From a virus, in the IMG/VR virus record IMGVR_UViG_3300016476_001289: a stretch of 64,000 nucleotides of DNA, one strand, 5' to 3'. The position numbers were made by a program, and so were the translations under genes. Within the stretch, counting starts at the first letter, position 1, and each line of letters starts with the position of its first letter. The notes beneath the pieces were generated by a model. That model saw only the letters and a program-made list of their open reading frames with translations. It did no database searches and had not been told where the DNA came from. Shown one piece after another: positions 1 to 10,600 of the stretch.

Positions 1-821
1 GAGTTTCTGATCCTGTTAGTTCTGTTAATACTTTTATTGTCGATAATTTAACAGGTAACACCACTATTAAAGGTACTTTAGATTTAAGTGATGGTAATAT
101 TACTAATGTCGGTAGTATTGCTTTAGATAGTATTAGTGCAGATGCTTCTTCTATTGCTATTAATTTAACTGATAATCAAGCTAGTGCTTTAGATATTACT
201 GAATCTACTAATTCTTATCTTAAATTTGTCACTACCAATGCTAGTGAAAAAGTGGTAGTGGGTAAAGATTTAGAATTGAGTGCCAATAATTCAGTTTTAA
301 TTAAAAAAGCTACCACTGCAACAGATCCCTTAATTGTTCTCAATAGTGATACTACACTTGTTGCTAATGCTCAAACTGCTGTTGTTGCTTCTGTTGAAAG
401 AGGTAGTAATGCTACTTCTGATGCTCAAATCATTTGGGATGAAGATTATTTATCTTGGAAATTACAAAATAGTAGTTCCGAACAAAAAATTATCCAAACA
501 CAACCTTATCTTGATGCTACTATTACAACATCAAATACTTCGTTATCTGCTAATAATTTAGATCAATTAGAAAAGATATATCTTGTAGAGAATGGCGCTA
601 CTTCTATTGAGTTAACTCTTTTTCAATTAGGTGGTGCTACGGATTACTCAGGTTATAAAGTTATCATCAAAAAAATAGATAATGGTGTTGGAAATATCAC
701 TGTTAAACCCTATACAGGTGAAACTATTGATGGCGCTAGTGATTCTATTGGTGTTACAATTAGCGCAGGATATGGAAGCTTAACTTTACTAGCCTATGGT
801 TCTGCATGGTATGTTATTTAA
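1..821 (+). CDS. Tail fibre protein, 5'-truncated (frame open from base 3)
   Basis: No stop from base 3 to 821. Shares NLTDNQAxxLDIxExxxSYLKF with the 1267 ORF, has the VERGx6-7I.WDE fibre repeat and a C-terminal knob ending IDG...YGSLTL...WYVI. Confidence 0.75.
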   Translation, partial: VSDPVSSVNTFIVDNLTGNTTIKGTLDLSDGNITNVGSIALDSISADASSIAINLTDNQASALDITESTNSYLKFVTTNASEKVVVGKDLELSANNSVLIKKATTATDPLIVLNSDTTLVANAQTAVVASVERGSNATSDAQIIWDEDYLSWKLQNSSSEQKIIQTQPYLDATITTSNTSLSANNLDQLEKIYLVENGATSIELTLFQLGGATDYSGYKVIIKKIDNGVGNITVKPYTGETIDGASDSIGVTISAGYGSLTLLAYGSAWYVI

Positions 822-888
822 TAGATATTTAATATCTTTACACTTAGTATAATCCTTGTCTTATTATTTTTACATAAAGGATCTTACT

Positions 889-1218
889 ATGTCTTTATTT
901 TTTCGTAATGGTTGGTCTACTATTAAATCTTCTATTAATACCACCACCTATGCCTTAACACTAGATGATTCTATTTATATAGCATATCCTGGTCAAACTG
1001 TTACTTTTCCTGAACCCTCCACTTGTATAGGTCAAACTTATACAATTAAATTGGGTGCTAATCATGGTGGAAGTGGTGATACTGTTACCATTAATGTTGC
1101 AGGTGGGGGCAATATTGAAGGTTCTTCAACACATTCTTTAAATTCATCTTGGGTTTTTCATAGATTTGTAGCAGGTAGGAATAGTGCAGGAAGTTTTACT
1201 TGGATGTTTATTACTTAA
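889..1218 (+). CDS. Small tail-fibre knob-domain protein
   Basis: ATG at 889 after AAGGA. TTYALTLDDSIY..PEPSTCIGQTYTIKL is paralogous to the N-terminus of the 1267 ORF. Confidence 0.65.
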   Translation: MSLFFRNGWSTIKSSINTTTYALTLDDSIYIAYPGQTVTFPEPSTCIGQTYTIKLGANHGGSGDTVTINVAGGGNIEGSSTHSLNSSWVFHRFVAGRNSAGSFTWMFIT

Positions 1219-1266
1219 TTTATAAAAACTCTTTTTGAGTAAGAACCTATTGGAGAGAGATAAATT

Positions 1267-2580
1267 ATGACAATACTATATAAACACAATATCCAAAGTA
1301 CTAAAAAAGCACTAAGTAGTACAACATATACCTTAAGTCTTAGTGATTCAATATATCTTGGATATAATGGTCAAACTATAAATTTACCTGACCCTTCTAC
1401 TTGTAGGGGGCAAAAATTTACAATTAAACTTCCGGATTCTTATAGTACAGGTATTACAATAGATGCAGGTGCTTCTTTTCTTATTGATGGGGTAAGAACA
1501 TATATAATAAAAACAAGTTATGGTTTTGTAGAATTGATCTCAAATTCAGATAGCTGGTCTATTGTTAATAGCTCGTATAATTTTACACCTAATTTTTCTA
1601 CTAATACTTTCACCCTTAATTTAACAGATAATCAAGCGACTTCTTTAGATATTAAAGAAGGATCTACTTCTTATTTAAAATTTGATACTTCTAATAGTGC
1701 AGAGAAGATCACTATGGGGAAGCCCCTAATAGTAGTCGGAAATGTTAATATTAAAGATGGTTCAGATAATACTAAATTTAGTATTGATAGCAGTACTGGG
1801 GATACTATTGTAGCAGGTAATTTAACAGTCAATGGGACTACTACTACCATTAATAGTACTACAACTACATTTGATGATATTATTATGACTCTAGGTGGAG
1901 ATTCTGCACCTACATCAGATGATAATAAAGATCGTGGTATAGAATTTAGGTGGCATAATGGGTCAAGTGCTAAAGTAGGTTTCTTTGGGTATGATGATAG
2001 TGCTGAAGAATTTATTTTTATTCCTGATGCTACAAATACAAGCAGTGTGTTTAGTGGGACTGTGGGTAATGCTCGTTTTGCAGGGTTGACTCTTTTAAAT
2101 AGTCTTGATGTTACTAATGGTGAAACATATTTAGGTGCTTTAGATGCCACAGGTGCAGTTACTTTTGGTAGCACTTTATCTGTAACAGGTGCAATTACAG
2201 GTATTACTACTACTCAAACTGCTCTTGATAATTCTACTAAACTTGCTTCTACTGCTTATGTTCAAAATGCCACCCGAGTTAATACTACTACTAAAACTAC
2301 TAATTATACCTTAGCTTTAGCTGATGAGGGTTATATGGTTATTATGAATAGTGCTAGTCCTACTACTCTAACAGTACCTCTTAATTCATCTGTTACTATT
2401 CCTGTAGGTGCTCAATTTATTATTAGTAGACTTGGTGCAGGTACTGTCAATATAGCTTCATCCGCTACTATATATTCAGTATCTTCTAATAAAAATATTG
2501 CTAATCAGTATGGTGCTGTTACTCTTATTAAAACAGGTACTGATACTTGGTATCTTTTTGGCGATCTTTCAGCAAGTTAA
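1267..2580 (+). CDS. Tail fibre protein
   Basis: GNLTVNGTTTTINS, DDNKDRGIEF, STKLASTAYV motifs and a C-terminal domain ending WYLFGDL, typical of phage fibres. Confidence 0.8.
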   Translation: MTILYKHNIQSTKKALSSTTYTLSLSDSIYLGYNGQTINLPDPSTCRGQKFTIKLPDSYSTGITIDAGASFLIDGVRTYIIKTSYGFVELISNSDSWSIVNSSYNFTPNFSTNTFTLNLTDNQATSLDIKEGSTSYLKFDTSNSAEKITMGKPLIVVGNVNIKDGSDNTKFSIDSSTGDTIVAGNLTVNGTTTTINSTTTTFDDIIMTLGGDSAPTSDDNKDRGIEFRWHNGSSAKVGFFGYDDSAEEFIFIPDATNTSSVFSGTVGNARFAGLTLLNSLDVTNGETYLGALDATGAVTFGSTLSVTGAITGITTTQTALDNSTKLASTAYVQNATRVNTTTKTTNYTLALADEGYMVIMNSASPTTLTVPLNSSVTIPVGAQFIISRLGAGTVNIASSATIYSVSSNKNIANQYGAVTLIKTGTDTWYLFGDLSAS

Positions 2581-2587
2581 GGTCTTT

Positions 2588-3298
2588 ATGTTTCTATCTT
2601 CTCACGGTATTATTAAAAAATACACAGCACCCGCTTCCTTAAATTTAGTAGGTACGATGAAATTTAATGGTACGGCTTCTAGTAACTTATCTATTGCTAA
2701 CGATGCTAATCTTGCTGTAGGTTTAAGTGATTTTACTATTGAATGGTATCAATACCAAACAGATAGTAATTCTTATCCCAGAATTTTTTCAATAGGTTCT
2801 TATTCTACTGCGGATCTTGCTGTTTCTTTTGAATCAGGAATATTTTATGTATTTATTGGTGGTGGTATGGCAGGACAAGGATCAGGTGCTACTTCTATGG
2901 GGTCTTTAGGTACTTATAAAAATGAATGGGTTCATTTTGCTATTACTAGACAATCAGGGACTTTAAGGTCTTTTAAAAATGGGACTCTTTTGAGTACTGC
3001 TAGTAAAAACTTAGACCTTGCTAATACTACTTCTGCTCTTAGAATAGGTAATGAAACTACAACTTCTGCTAATGCTGCATTTGGTGGGTGGATTTCTAAT
3101 TTCAGGTGGGTTAAAGGATCTGCTTTATATACTTCTAATTTCTCAAGACCCTTAGCACCATTATCTAATGTTTCGGGTACCGAATTATTATTATTATCAT
3201 CTACAAGTGGTGCTTTAAATACAGATAGTTCATCTAGGAATAGGACTATTACTAATAGTAGTGTAACTTGGCAATCCTTCTCTTCTACGATGGTTTGA
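2588..3298 (+). CDS. LamG/concanavalin A-like lectin domain virion protein
   Basis: DFTIEWY, WVHFAITR, LRIGN, GWISNFRWVKG motifs. Start reassigned to ATG 2588 just after the upstream stop. Confidence 0.8.
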   Translation: MFLSSHGIIKKYTAPASLNLVGTMKFNGTASSNLSIANDANLAVGLSDFTIEWYQYQTDSNSYPRIFSIGSYSTADLAVSFESGIFYVFIGGGMAGQGSGATSMGSLGTYKNEWVHFAITRQSGTLRSFKNGTLLSTASKNLDLANTTSALRIGNETTTSANAAFGGWISNFRWVKGSALYTSNFSRPLAPLSNVSGTELLLLSSTSGALNTDSSSRNRTITNSSVTWQSFSSTMV

Positions 3299-3349
3299 TA
3301 AAGTATATATAATTCACCCCTATTATGATAAATAATTTGGAGTTTTTAT

Positions 3350-6300
3350 ATGTCAGTTATAATATTTAAAAAAGGCACTACTGCCCAAAATGATGCTTAT
3401 AGGGGTCAAAGTGGAGAAATTACCATTGACACCACTAAAAAAACCATTCGTGTACATGATGGTAGTGTTTTAGGTGGTGCTGAAATGGCACTCTCTGACC
3501 TTTCTAACACTAATGTCCAAGATCAAATAGATAATGGTAATACAAGACTTGATACTTTAGAAAATGATACGACTACTGAAATTCAAAATAGAATTGATGG
3601 AGATTTTGCACTTCAAAGTGAATTAGATACCACCCAATCAGGCGCAGGTCTAAATACTAATGGTTCTTATTCTATACCTGAAGGTAATACTTATTTAGCA
3701 GGAACGGATTCTTTAAGAAGCGCCCTTCTTGCTCTTGATATTTCTTTAGCCACAGAAGCAGGAAATATCTCTAATATCCAAGACCAATTAGATACTGAAA
3801 TTCAAAATAGAATAGATGCTGATAATGCTATTGACCTTAGAATTGATGATGTGGAATTACACCATCTTCATGCTAATAGCTTTTATGCTAATAATGGGAT
3901 TACCGATATTCAAACAGAAATTGATAATGTAGGCGTTACTCAAAATCAAGTTATCTTTGTTACTAGTGGATCTTTTGCTGGTGCTACCATCTCTATTAAC
4001 AATAAAACGGATATGGCTATCGTTGCACCTGATATTGGTGATAATATGGCTACATTATCAGGTGGTAGAGCATTGACTATTGAAGGTACTTCAGAGAAAA
4101 TAAGAATCGCCAATTTAAAAATAGAAGGCGCTGTTAATATTACAGGTTCTAAAGGTCGCCATTATTTCTCAGATTGTGAATTTCAAGGTGGTGTTAATAT
4201 TGATGGAACTACAGATACTACTAACACTTTTATTGTTTTTCAAGATTGTACTTTTAAGAATCAAAATATAAACTTATCTAATCTTACTAATTGTGTGGTA
4301 TATTTTGATAATTGTAATTTTGAAAATAGAAGAGTCGTACCTACTAATTGTACTACATCACCTTATGTTGCTATTATCTCTAATTCTATTAGATTAAATG
4401 TTTTGCAAACTAACTTTGCTAATGGTGTTGCCTTAGTAGGTCGTATTGGATATGCAAATCAAGTTGTTAAAACCTATACTTCATCTACTAACTTTATCTC
4501 TGCACTTAATGTAGAAACTTCATTTACTGGTTCTTATAATGAACTTAGAGATATACCTACTTTAGTTCTTGCTTCTACTAGTTTAACAGATAGTGCAGAT
4601 CTATTAAGAACTTCTGATAAAGGTGTTGCTAATGGTGTTGCTGAACTTGATGCTAATGGTCTTATTCCTAACCACCATTTGCCACCTTTAGCTTTAAGTA
4701 AACCTTATGTTGTTAATACTATCATTGAAAGAGATGCTTTATCTGTGGAAATGGGTGATGTTGCGATTGTTGTTAATGATATTGACCCTGACAATAATGG
4801 TAATTATATTTATGATGCAGATGCGCCATCTTGGATTAAGTTATATAATGCCACCGCACCTGTAGATAGTGTAAATGGTTCTACAGGAACTGTTACTTTA
4901 TTTACAGGTGATATTAGTGAAGGTGCAGGTGCTTTATTACAACCTTCTAATAAATGGTTCACCGACCAAAGAGCAATAGATGCTGTTGTTACTTCTAATA
5001 TTAATACTAATGACAAAGCACCTTCAACACAGACTGTTAAGTCTTATGTTACAGGTATTACAGATGCTTTGGATACTCGTTTAACTTCTGTTGAGAATGA
5101 TGCTGTAAATCACGCTACTGTTGTTTATGTTGATAGTGGTTTAGCTGGTAAAGTTAATACTAGCGACTATACTGCTAGTGATGTATTAACTAAGATTAAA
5201 ACAGTCGATGGCTCAACTTCAGGATTAGATGCAGATTTACTTGATGGTTTAGATGCTTCTGATTTTGTTAAAATGACAACAGACCAAACTATTGCAGGTA
5301 TAAAAACTTTCTCATCTGCACCTATCGTGCCTGATCAATCTGCTCTTGATAATTCAACAAAATCAGCTAATACTAAATATGTAGATACAGCTATCCAAAA
5401 TGTTACTGATTTACAAGGCGCTTCAGGTCAAGTCTTATATAAAGGTTCTTATGATCCTACTACTAATACACCTTCTTTAAGCACAGCCAAAAAAGGTTAT
5501 TTATATGTAGCTTCCGATAATGGTACTTTAGCAGGTGTCAATTTAAATACTGACGATCAAATCTTGTTTGTTAAAGATGTTTCAGGTGGTGTTGTGGCAG
5601 ATACTGATTTTGTTATTGATAGTGGTCTTGCTAATGGTTCTATTATTGTTAGAAATATCACTTCTAATAACTCTACTATGGTTTCTAATGCTTATCATAT
5701 ATATCAAGATTCTAATAATTGGGGTCTAAAAATTCCAGCATTAGATCAAACTCAAGTAGGATATGTGATTTATCTTAGACATAGAGGAACAGGTGTTTTA
5801 TCTTTAACTCGATTTGATACTTCATATACTGCTAACTTCTATTTTAATAATACACTATCTATTAATACCTTGTCTTTATCTTCTACAGGTGAATATATCT
5901 TTAGATGTTCTTCTATTCAAGGGACAACTATAACTTGGGAAGTTACTTGTACAAATAAAAATGCTTTAAGAACCACAGATGATTTAACTGAAGGGTCTAC
6001 TAATAAATATGCTAGTGCTAGTAATGTTAGAACCCATTTAAGTGGCACAGCACCTATTAGTTATGATAATAGTACAGGTGTTATTTCTACAACTCTAACT
6101 CAATATACAGATGCTAATGCTAAAAGTGCTACTGTTGTTAATAGCATGGCAGGTTCTCAAACAGATCAAGCACCAAGCGTAGATAGTGTTAAAAATTATT
6201 ATACTGCAGGAACAGGTATTAGTATTTCATCAGGTCAAATATCAGCTTCTTTAAGTAGTTTTAGTGTTAATGCTTTAAGTGATGTTGATACAACTACTTC

Positions 6301-6688
6301 AGCGCCTACATCAGGTCAAGCATTAGCTTGGAATGGGACAAATTGGACACCCCAATCTATTAGTGGTTTTTCTATTGCTACAGGTAATAGGTCAATATCT
6401 ACAAATACTGTAGCCACTGCAACATCTGATGAAACTTATTACATAGCAACATCAGCTTTAACAGTAACATTACCTACCCCAAGTTCATCTAATGTAGGTA
6501 AAAAAATTATTGTTAAGTCATATACGAATGGTGCAGTAACAATCGCTTCTAATAGTGGTAGTCAAATCATTTATGATAGCACTACAGCATCAGCTTCTGT
6601 AGTACACACAGCAAACTTTCCTGGATTCTCTACAACTTTCATTTGTTTAGAAGTTGGTTCAGGGACTTATTTTTGGGTAGTCGTCTAA
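3350..6688 (+). CDS. Long tail fibre/spike with Mtd_N-like N-terminus and probable beta-helix segment
   Basis: N-terminal KGTTAQNDAYRGQSGEITIDTTKKTIRVHDG, central F.DC.F repeats, SGLDADLLDG, QTIAGIKTF, TDDLTEGSTN and a C-terminal knob. Confidence 0.8.
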   Translation: MSVIIFKKGTTAQNDAYRGQSGEITIDTTKKTIRVHDGSVLGGAEMALSDLSNTNVQDQIDNGNTRLDTLENDTTTEIQNRIDGDFALQSELDTTQSGAGLNTNGSYSIPEGNTYLAGTDSLRSALLALDISLATEAGNISNIQDQLDTEIQNRIDADNAIDLRIDDVELHHLHANSFYANNGITDIQTEIDNVGVTQNQVIFVTSGSFAGATISINNKTDMAIVAPDIGDNMATLSGGRALTIEGTSEKIRIANLKIEGAVNITGSKGRHYFSDCEFQGGVNIDGTTDTTNTFIVFQDCTFKNQNINLSNLTNCVVYFDNCNFENRRVVPTNCTTSPYVAIISNSIRLNVLQTNFANGVALVGRIGYANQVVKTYTSSTNFISALNVETSFTGSYNELRDIPTLVLASTSLTDSADLLRTSDKGVANGVAELDANGLIPNHHLPPLALSKPYVVNTIIERDALSVEMGDVAIVVNDIDPDNNGNYIYDADAPSWIKLYNATAPVDSVNGSTGTVTLFTGDISEGAGALLQPSNKWFTDQRAIDAVVTSNINTNDKAPSTQTVKSYVTGITDALDTRLTSVENDAVNHATVVYVDSGLAGKVNTSDYTASDVLTKIKTVDGSTSGLDADLLDGLDASDFVKMTTDQTIAGIKTFSSAPIVPDQSALDNSTKSANTKYVDTAIQNVTDLQGASGQVLYKGSYDPTTNTPSLSTAKKGYLYVASDNGTLAGVNLNTDDQILFVKDVSGGVVADTDFVIDSGLANGSIIVRNITSNNSTMVSNAYHIYQDSNNWGLKIPALDQTQVGYVIYLRHRGTGVLSLTRFDTSYTANFYFNNTLSINTLSLSSTGEYIFRCSSIQGTTITWEVTCTNKNALRTTDDLTEGSTNKYASASNVRTHLSGTAPISYDNSTGVISTTLTQYTDANAKSATVVNSMAGSQTDQAPSVDSVKNYYTAGTGISISSGQISASLSSFSVNALSDVDTTTSAPTSGQALAWNGTNWTPQSISGFSIATGNRSISTNTVATATSDETYYIATSALTVTLPTPSSSNVGKKIIVKSYTNGAVTIASNSGSQIIYDSTTASASVVHTANFPGFSTTFICLEVGSGTYFWVVV

Positions 6689-6704
6689 AGGAAGAAGAAT
6701 AAAA

Positions 6705-7787
6705 ATGACTTTAAGATTCAATGAGAATGATACTAACATTGCTAATGGTATTCTTAAATTAGATGCCAATGCAAAAGTTACGCTAGATAAACTAGACACC
6801 ACTACTTCAGCGCCTACAAGTGGACAGCTTTTAAAGTATAATGGCACTAATTGGGCGCCCGGTAATGTTACAGGTTCTAATTTCACTTGGCCCACTGCTG
6901 CTCTTAATACAGGTGCTAATACCTTATCTGTAGGTAATTATTACTATACCGGCACAAATGGTATTACTTGTACTGTTACATTACCTTCAACAGGTAATTC
7001 AGGCGATATTATTTACATTCATAATATGGGGGGTAGTTCTGTTACTACAAACGCACTACAATATTATTGGAATGGTGCTTATTTTAATGGTCAAACTTTT
7101 GCTTTTACTGCTAATGATGTTTTTGTATTCACACGATTAAATACATCTAATGCGTGGTTTATTTCTACCCAAGTTTCTCAAAATTTAAGAATCACCACTA
7201 ATATTAGTGAAGGCACTAATTTGTATTTTACTGATGAAAGGGCGCAAGATGCTAGTGCGAGTCTTTTAACAAGTGGTACGCATACAGGTATTAGCTTTAC
7301 TTATACTTCTACTCAAGATACAGCTAATAGGATTGACGCTACAGTTTCTTTAGGTATAGATGCTTTAACAGATGTTGATACAACAACTGTAGCGCCTACT
7401 AATGGTCAAGCCTTAGCATGGCAATCAGCCACTTCTAAATGGATTCCCCAAACAGTAAGTGGTGCGGGTGGTGGTAGTGGTTTAGTTTTTCATACGAATG
7501 TTACTACTAATAATACTATCTTAAATCCACCAAGTGGTGAAACTATGGTTTTAGTGAAAAATGGTAGTACTGCATTTAATGTTTATTTACCTGCTATGTT
7601 AGGAAAAGATACTTATAAAATACATATTAAAAGAATAGGCACTGCTTATGTCACAGTTAATGTTAATGCTTCCGATACTACTAAATACATTGAATCAACA
7701 GGTAACTCTACCTTTGTTTTAAGTATTACAGGGACTTGTTTGACTCTTGTAGCTAATGAAACAGACGGTATTTGGTATATCGTTTAG
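6705..7787 (+). CDS. Short tail fibre A
   Basis: ANGILKLDAN, two DTTTxAPTxGQxL repeats, EGTNLYFTDERAQDA, knob ending WYIV. Confidence 0.75.
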   Translation: MTLRFNENDTNIANGILKLDANAKVTLDKLDTTTSAPTSGQLLKYNGTNWAPGNVTGSNFTWPTAALNTGANTLSVGNYYYTGTNGITCTVTLPSTGNSGDIIYIHNMGGSSVTTNALQYYWNGAYFNGQTFAFTANDVFVFTRLNTSNAWFISTQVSQNLRITTNISEGTNLYFTDERAQDASASLLTSGTHTGISFTYTSTQDTANRIDATVSLGIDALTDVDTTTVAPTNGQALAWQSATSKWIPQTVSGAGGGSGLVFHTNVTTNNTILNPPSGETMVLVKNGSTAFNVYLPAMLGKDTYKIHIKRIGTAYVTVNVNASDTTKYIESTGNSTFVLSITGTCLTLVANETDGIWYIV

Positions 7788-7799
7788 AAAGAGATTATT

Positions 7800-8246
7800 A
7801 TGAGTTATTTAGCAAAAACACTAATTGACCCTGTTGTAGGGCAGTATATGTTCTCTTATCCTGCAGCTACAGGTGTAGTAAACCATATCTATACACCTAT
7901 TTATATAAATGGAACAAGTACTTTTACTAGCTATGCTTCTATATCAGGTAATGGTATCGTATTACAGCCAGGTAATTATTTTATTGAGTGCTACTTAGGT
8001 GGCGTTAAATCAGCTTTTAACGCCACCTTATATTATAAGTTAGTTATAGACGGTGTAGATGCAGTAGCACCTAAAGGATGGGGATATATTACTTTTGGTT
8101 ATACAACAACAGCACCTGATGGTTTTCAATACGATCTAACTGTTCCTGAAGGCACTACATCAACGATTCAAGTTAAATGTCATTCTGTATACTTAACTGT
8201 AACTTACAACACCAATAATGGCACGATGTTAATATGGAGAATATAA
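7800..8246 (+). CDS. Putative fibre tip/adhesin subunit (C1q/TNF-like beta sandwich)
   Basis: MSYL start, GIVLQPGNYFIE strand pattern, aromatic/Thr-rich, directly downstream of a fibre gene. Confidence 0.5.
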   Translation: MSYLAKTLIDPVVGQYMFSYPAATGVVNHIYTPIYINGTSTFTSYASISGNGIVLQPGNYFIECYLGGVKSAFNATLYYKLVIDGVDAVAPKGWGYITFGYTTTAPDGFQYDLTVPEGTTSTIQVKCHSVYLTVTYNTNNGTMLIWRI

Positions 8247-8249
8247 AAA

Positions 8250-8723
8250 ATGTCTTATTTACCTGAAACCCCTATTAAATATGTTAAAGCTGCAACCACA
8301 GCAAGTGCTACAGGTTTTGGAACTCATTTATGGGATTACTTAGGTAATCAAGATGCTGTGTTTTGTAGAAAAACTACTGCTAAGTATAATAACACCCCCC
8401 TTAAAGGTTTATATTTCTCTAACTGGTTCTTTTCTTGTGGGTCTTTCACCGTAGATTATCAATTTACTGTAAGATTTAATACTGTAGGTGATAATTTTGC
8501 AGATACTAGCTATTCAGGTGCTACTTTCTATAGAAATATCTATATGTGTAATATGTCACAAATTTATGGTACTACTCTTTATCATAGCAGTGTAATGGCT
8601 TTAGGAAGTCCCATTTATGGAATTAACTCTTCAGCGACTAAAGACTCTGTGGGTGCCGCGAGAGCAACATCAAGAAATCTTAGTAGTCATATTTTTATGC
8701 TACCTGTAGCGGAGAATCAATAA
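8250..8723 (+). CDS. Putative fibre tip/adhesin subunit
   Basis: MSYLP start, 157 aa, Ser/Thr/Tyr-rich, tightly coupled to neighbours. Confidence 0.45.
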   Translation: MSYLPETPIKYVKAATTASATGFGTHLWDYLGNQDAVFCRKTTAKYNNTPLKGLYFSNWFFSCGSFTVDYQFTVRFNTVGDNFADTSYSGATFYRNIYMCNMSQIYGTTLYHSSVMALGSPIYGINSSATKDSVGAARATSRNLSSHIFMLPVAENQ

Positions 8724-8724
8724 A

Positions 8725-9213
8725 ATGTATGTACCTTCTAATATTATTAGACTTCCAAATATTATATTGATCCCTGATCAAATAAACACAGGTGGTGCAG
8801 GAACTAAAGCTACATTCACCAATGCCCAAGCATCTTCTAGTTATTCTCATTTTGATCTTGAAGAAAATACTAATTATACTATTGAAGTAGATACTACTGT
8901 AATCACTGTTACAAAGAAAACTTTAGTAAGAGCTACTTTAAAACAATATACTACAGCTGTAAACCAATCCTACTTATATGGAATATTTGATAACACTTCA
9001 AATACACAATTAGGTTGTCAAGGAGGGTATGGTTATTTAAGCGCTTCTTATGCAACACCTAATGGTGGGGCATTGAATAACTACCATAATAGTGCGGATG
9101 CTATTATAGAAGCTAATACTTCTTTCTATTTAAAAATAGTTTCAGTATCACCTTCAGGTGGTGGTGTCTATGCTAAACATAGTAAAGTTTACCTTTTCCA
9201 ACTTGAACCTTAA
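8725..9213 (+). CDS. Putative fibre tip/adhesin subunit
   Basis: MYVP start, 162 aa, beta-rich, tightly coupled. Confidence 0.45.
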   Translation: MYVPSNIIRLPNIILIPDQINTGGAGTKATFTNAQASSSYSHFDLEENTNYTIEVDTTVITVTKKTLVRATLKQYTTAVNQSYLYGIFDNTSNTQLGCQGGYGYLSASYATPNGGALNNYHNSADAIIEANTSFYLKIVSVSPSGGGVYAKHSKVYLFQLEP

Positions 9214-9230
9214 CATAGGATACCTTTAAA

Positions 9231-9749
9231 ATGACTTTAAGATTTAATGAAAATGACACTAACATTGCTAATGGTATTCTTAAATTAGATTCTAATGGTA
9301 GATTACCCATAGATAGAGTCCCTGATCCTTTTAGTATCGACTCTTTAACAGATGTTGATACCACAACTGTAGCACCCACTAATGGTCAAGCTTTGGCTTG
9401 GCAATCTTCTACTAGCCTTTGGATTCCCCAATCCTTTAGTGGTTCTTCAAGAGAAACTATTATTACAACAACAAGTAATGCTTATGTCCCATCTAGCGTT
9501 ACAGGTGCTACTATTGCCATTACTTATATCTTATCACCCACTGCTAATGGTACTGTTACCTTAACTAATATCACAGCATCTGGTAATTCAGGATTAAAAC
9601 TTACTTTTAAAAAGAAAACAGCTTTTTTAATGGCGATTGTCCCCGCTACAGGTGAAACAATAGACGGCTTTTCAGGTGGAACTGATTTGATTCAACAATA
9701 TGCTTCTTTAAGCATTATCTCTGACGGTACTTCTTGGAATATCGTATAA
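9231..9749 (+). CDS. Short tail fibre B (paralog of fibre A)
   Basis: First 20 aa identical to the 6705 ORF (MTLRFNENDTNIANGILKLD). Shares LTDVDTTTVAPTNGQALAWQS. Knob ends ISDGTSWNIV. Confidence 0.75.
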   Translation: MTLRFNENDTNIANGILKLDSNGRLPIDRVPDPFSIDSLTDVDTTTVAPTNGQALAWQSSTSLWIPQSFSGSSRETIITTTSNAYVPSSVTGATIAITYILSPTANGTVTLTNITASGNSGLKLTFKKKTAFLMAIVPATGETIDGFSGGTDLIQQYASLSIISDGTSWNIV

Positions 9750-9760
9750 GGTGTAATAAT

Positions 9761-10186
9761 ATGTCTTTTTTAATAAAACCACCTACTATTATACCAGGTT
9801 TTGCTATCTTTAATGGCACTACCGCCACAGCTAATACTTTTTCTTTTAAAGAAGGTACTTTTACTGCGACATCAGGTAATGGCACAAATACTTTAACTTT
9901 TGGAGGTGGTTTTAGATATATGATCACCTTAGATTTTGCTACACCTAATAGCTTATCTACCTTTGCAAGTTTTAATATCCGTGCTATAAAAACTTATGGG
10001 TCTGTAACAGTCACAGGTAATACTTGTTATTCAAGAGCTAGTCCAACTTTTAGTTTTGATCAAAGTTGGATGTCTTCCATTTGTTTTGATGCACATTCAG
10101 ATTTCACTCTTAGTCTTATCTATACCTATAATAGTCAAAGAGTTTCTTCATCTTGTTTAATATCTATTTGGAGGTTTCCATTATGA
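9761..10186 (+). CDS. Putative fibre tip/adhesin subunit
   Basis: ATG 9761 after AAGGTG. MSFL start, ends ISIWRF like the LIWRI end of the 7800 ORF. Confidence 0.5.
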   Translation: MSFLIKPPTIIPGFAIFNGTTATANTFSFKEGTFTATSGNGTNTLTFGGGFRYMITLDFATPNSLSTFASFNIRAIKTYGSVTVTGNTCYSRASPTFSFDQSWMSSICFDAHSDFTLSLIYTYNSQRVSSSCLISIWRFPL

Positions 10187-10593
10187 GTTATGAAGGTTCT
10201 ACAAGTCGTGCCACTCGATCAGTATGGCGACACCTATCTCAAGGCTATTCTTCAGCACCCCTTGCACAAATGACAGCTTCTTATCAAAGTGGTGGTTCAG
10301 GTTCACCACAAAGAATTAAAAATACTTTTAATTTAGATGTTATTAGTCTTCAAAGTAGAGTAGTGTATACCACGACTAGTTATACCCACCATCTTGGATC
10401 GCCAATCAATAGTAATGATGTTGTTAATGGCTGGTGTATGGTTGATTCTAATAGCACTCTTAATGAAAGATGGTATCCACCTTATTCTATGGGGATTGCT
10501 AGTGTTAGATTTAATGTCTATACAAATTTTTCCCATAATGCTAATGGTACTTCAGGTCTTACTGGAACTGTATGGTCTATTTTAGAATGGTAA
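10183..10593 (+). CDS. Putative fibre tip/adhesin subunit
   Basis: ATG 10183 after GGAGG, overlapping the previous stop (ATGA). MSYE start. Confidence 0.45.
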   Translation: MSYEGSTSRATRSVWRHLSQGYSSAPLAQMTASYQSGGSGSPQRIKNTFNLDVISLQSRVVYTTTSYTHHLGSPINSNDVVNGWCMVDSNSTLNERWYPPYSMGIASVRFNVYTNFSHNANGTSGLTGTVWSILEW

Positions 10594-10600
10594 TCTTATT

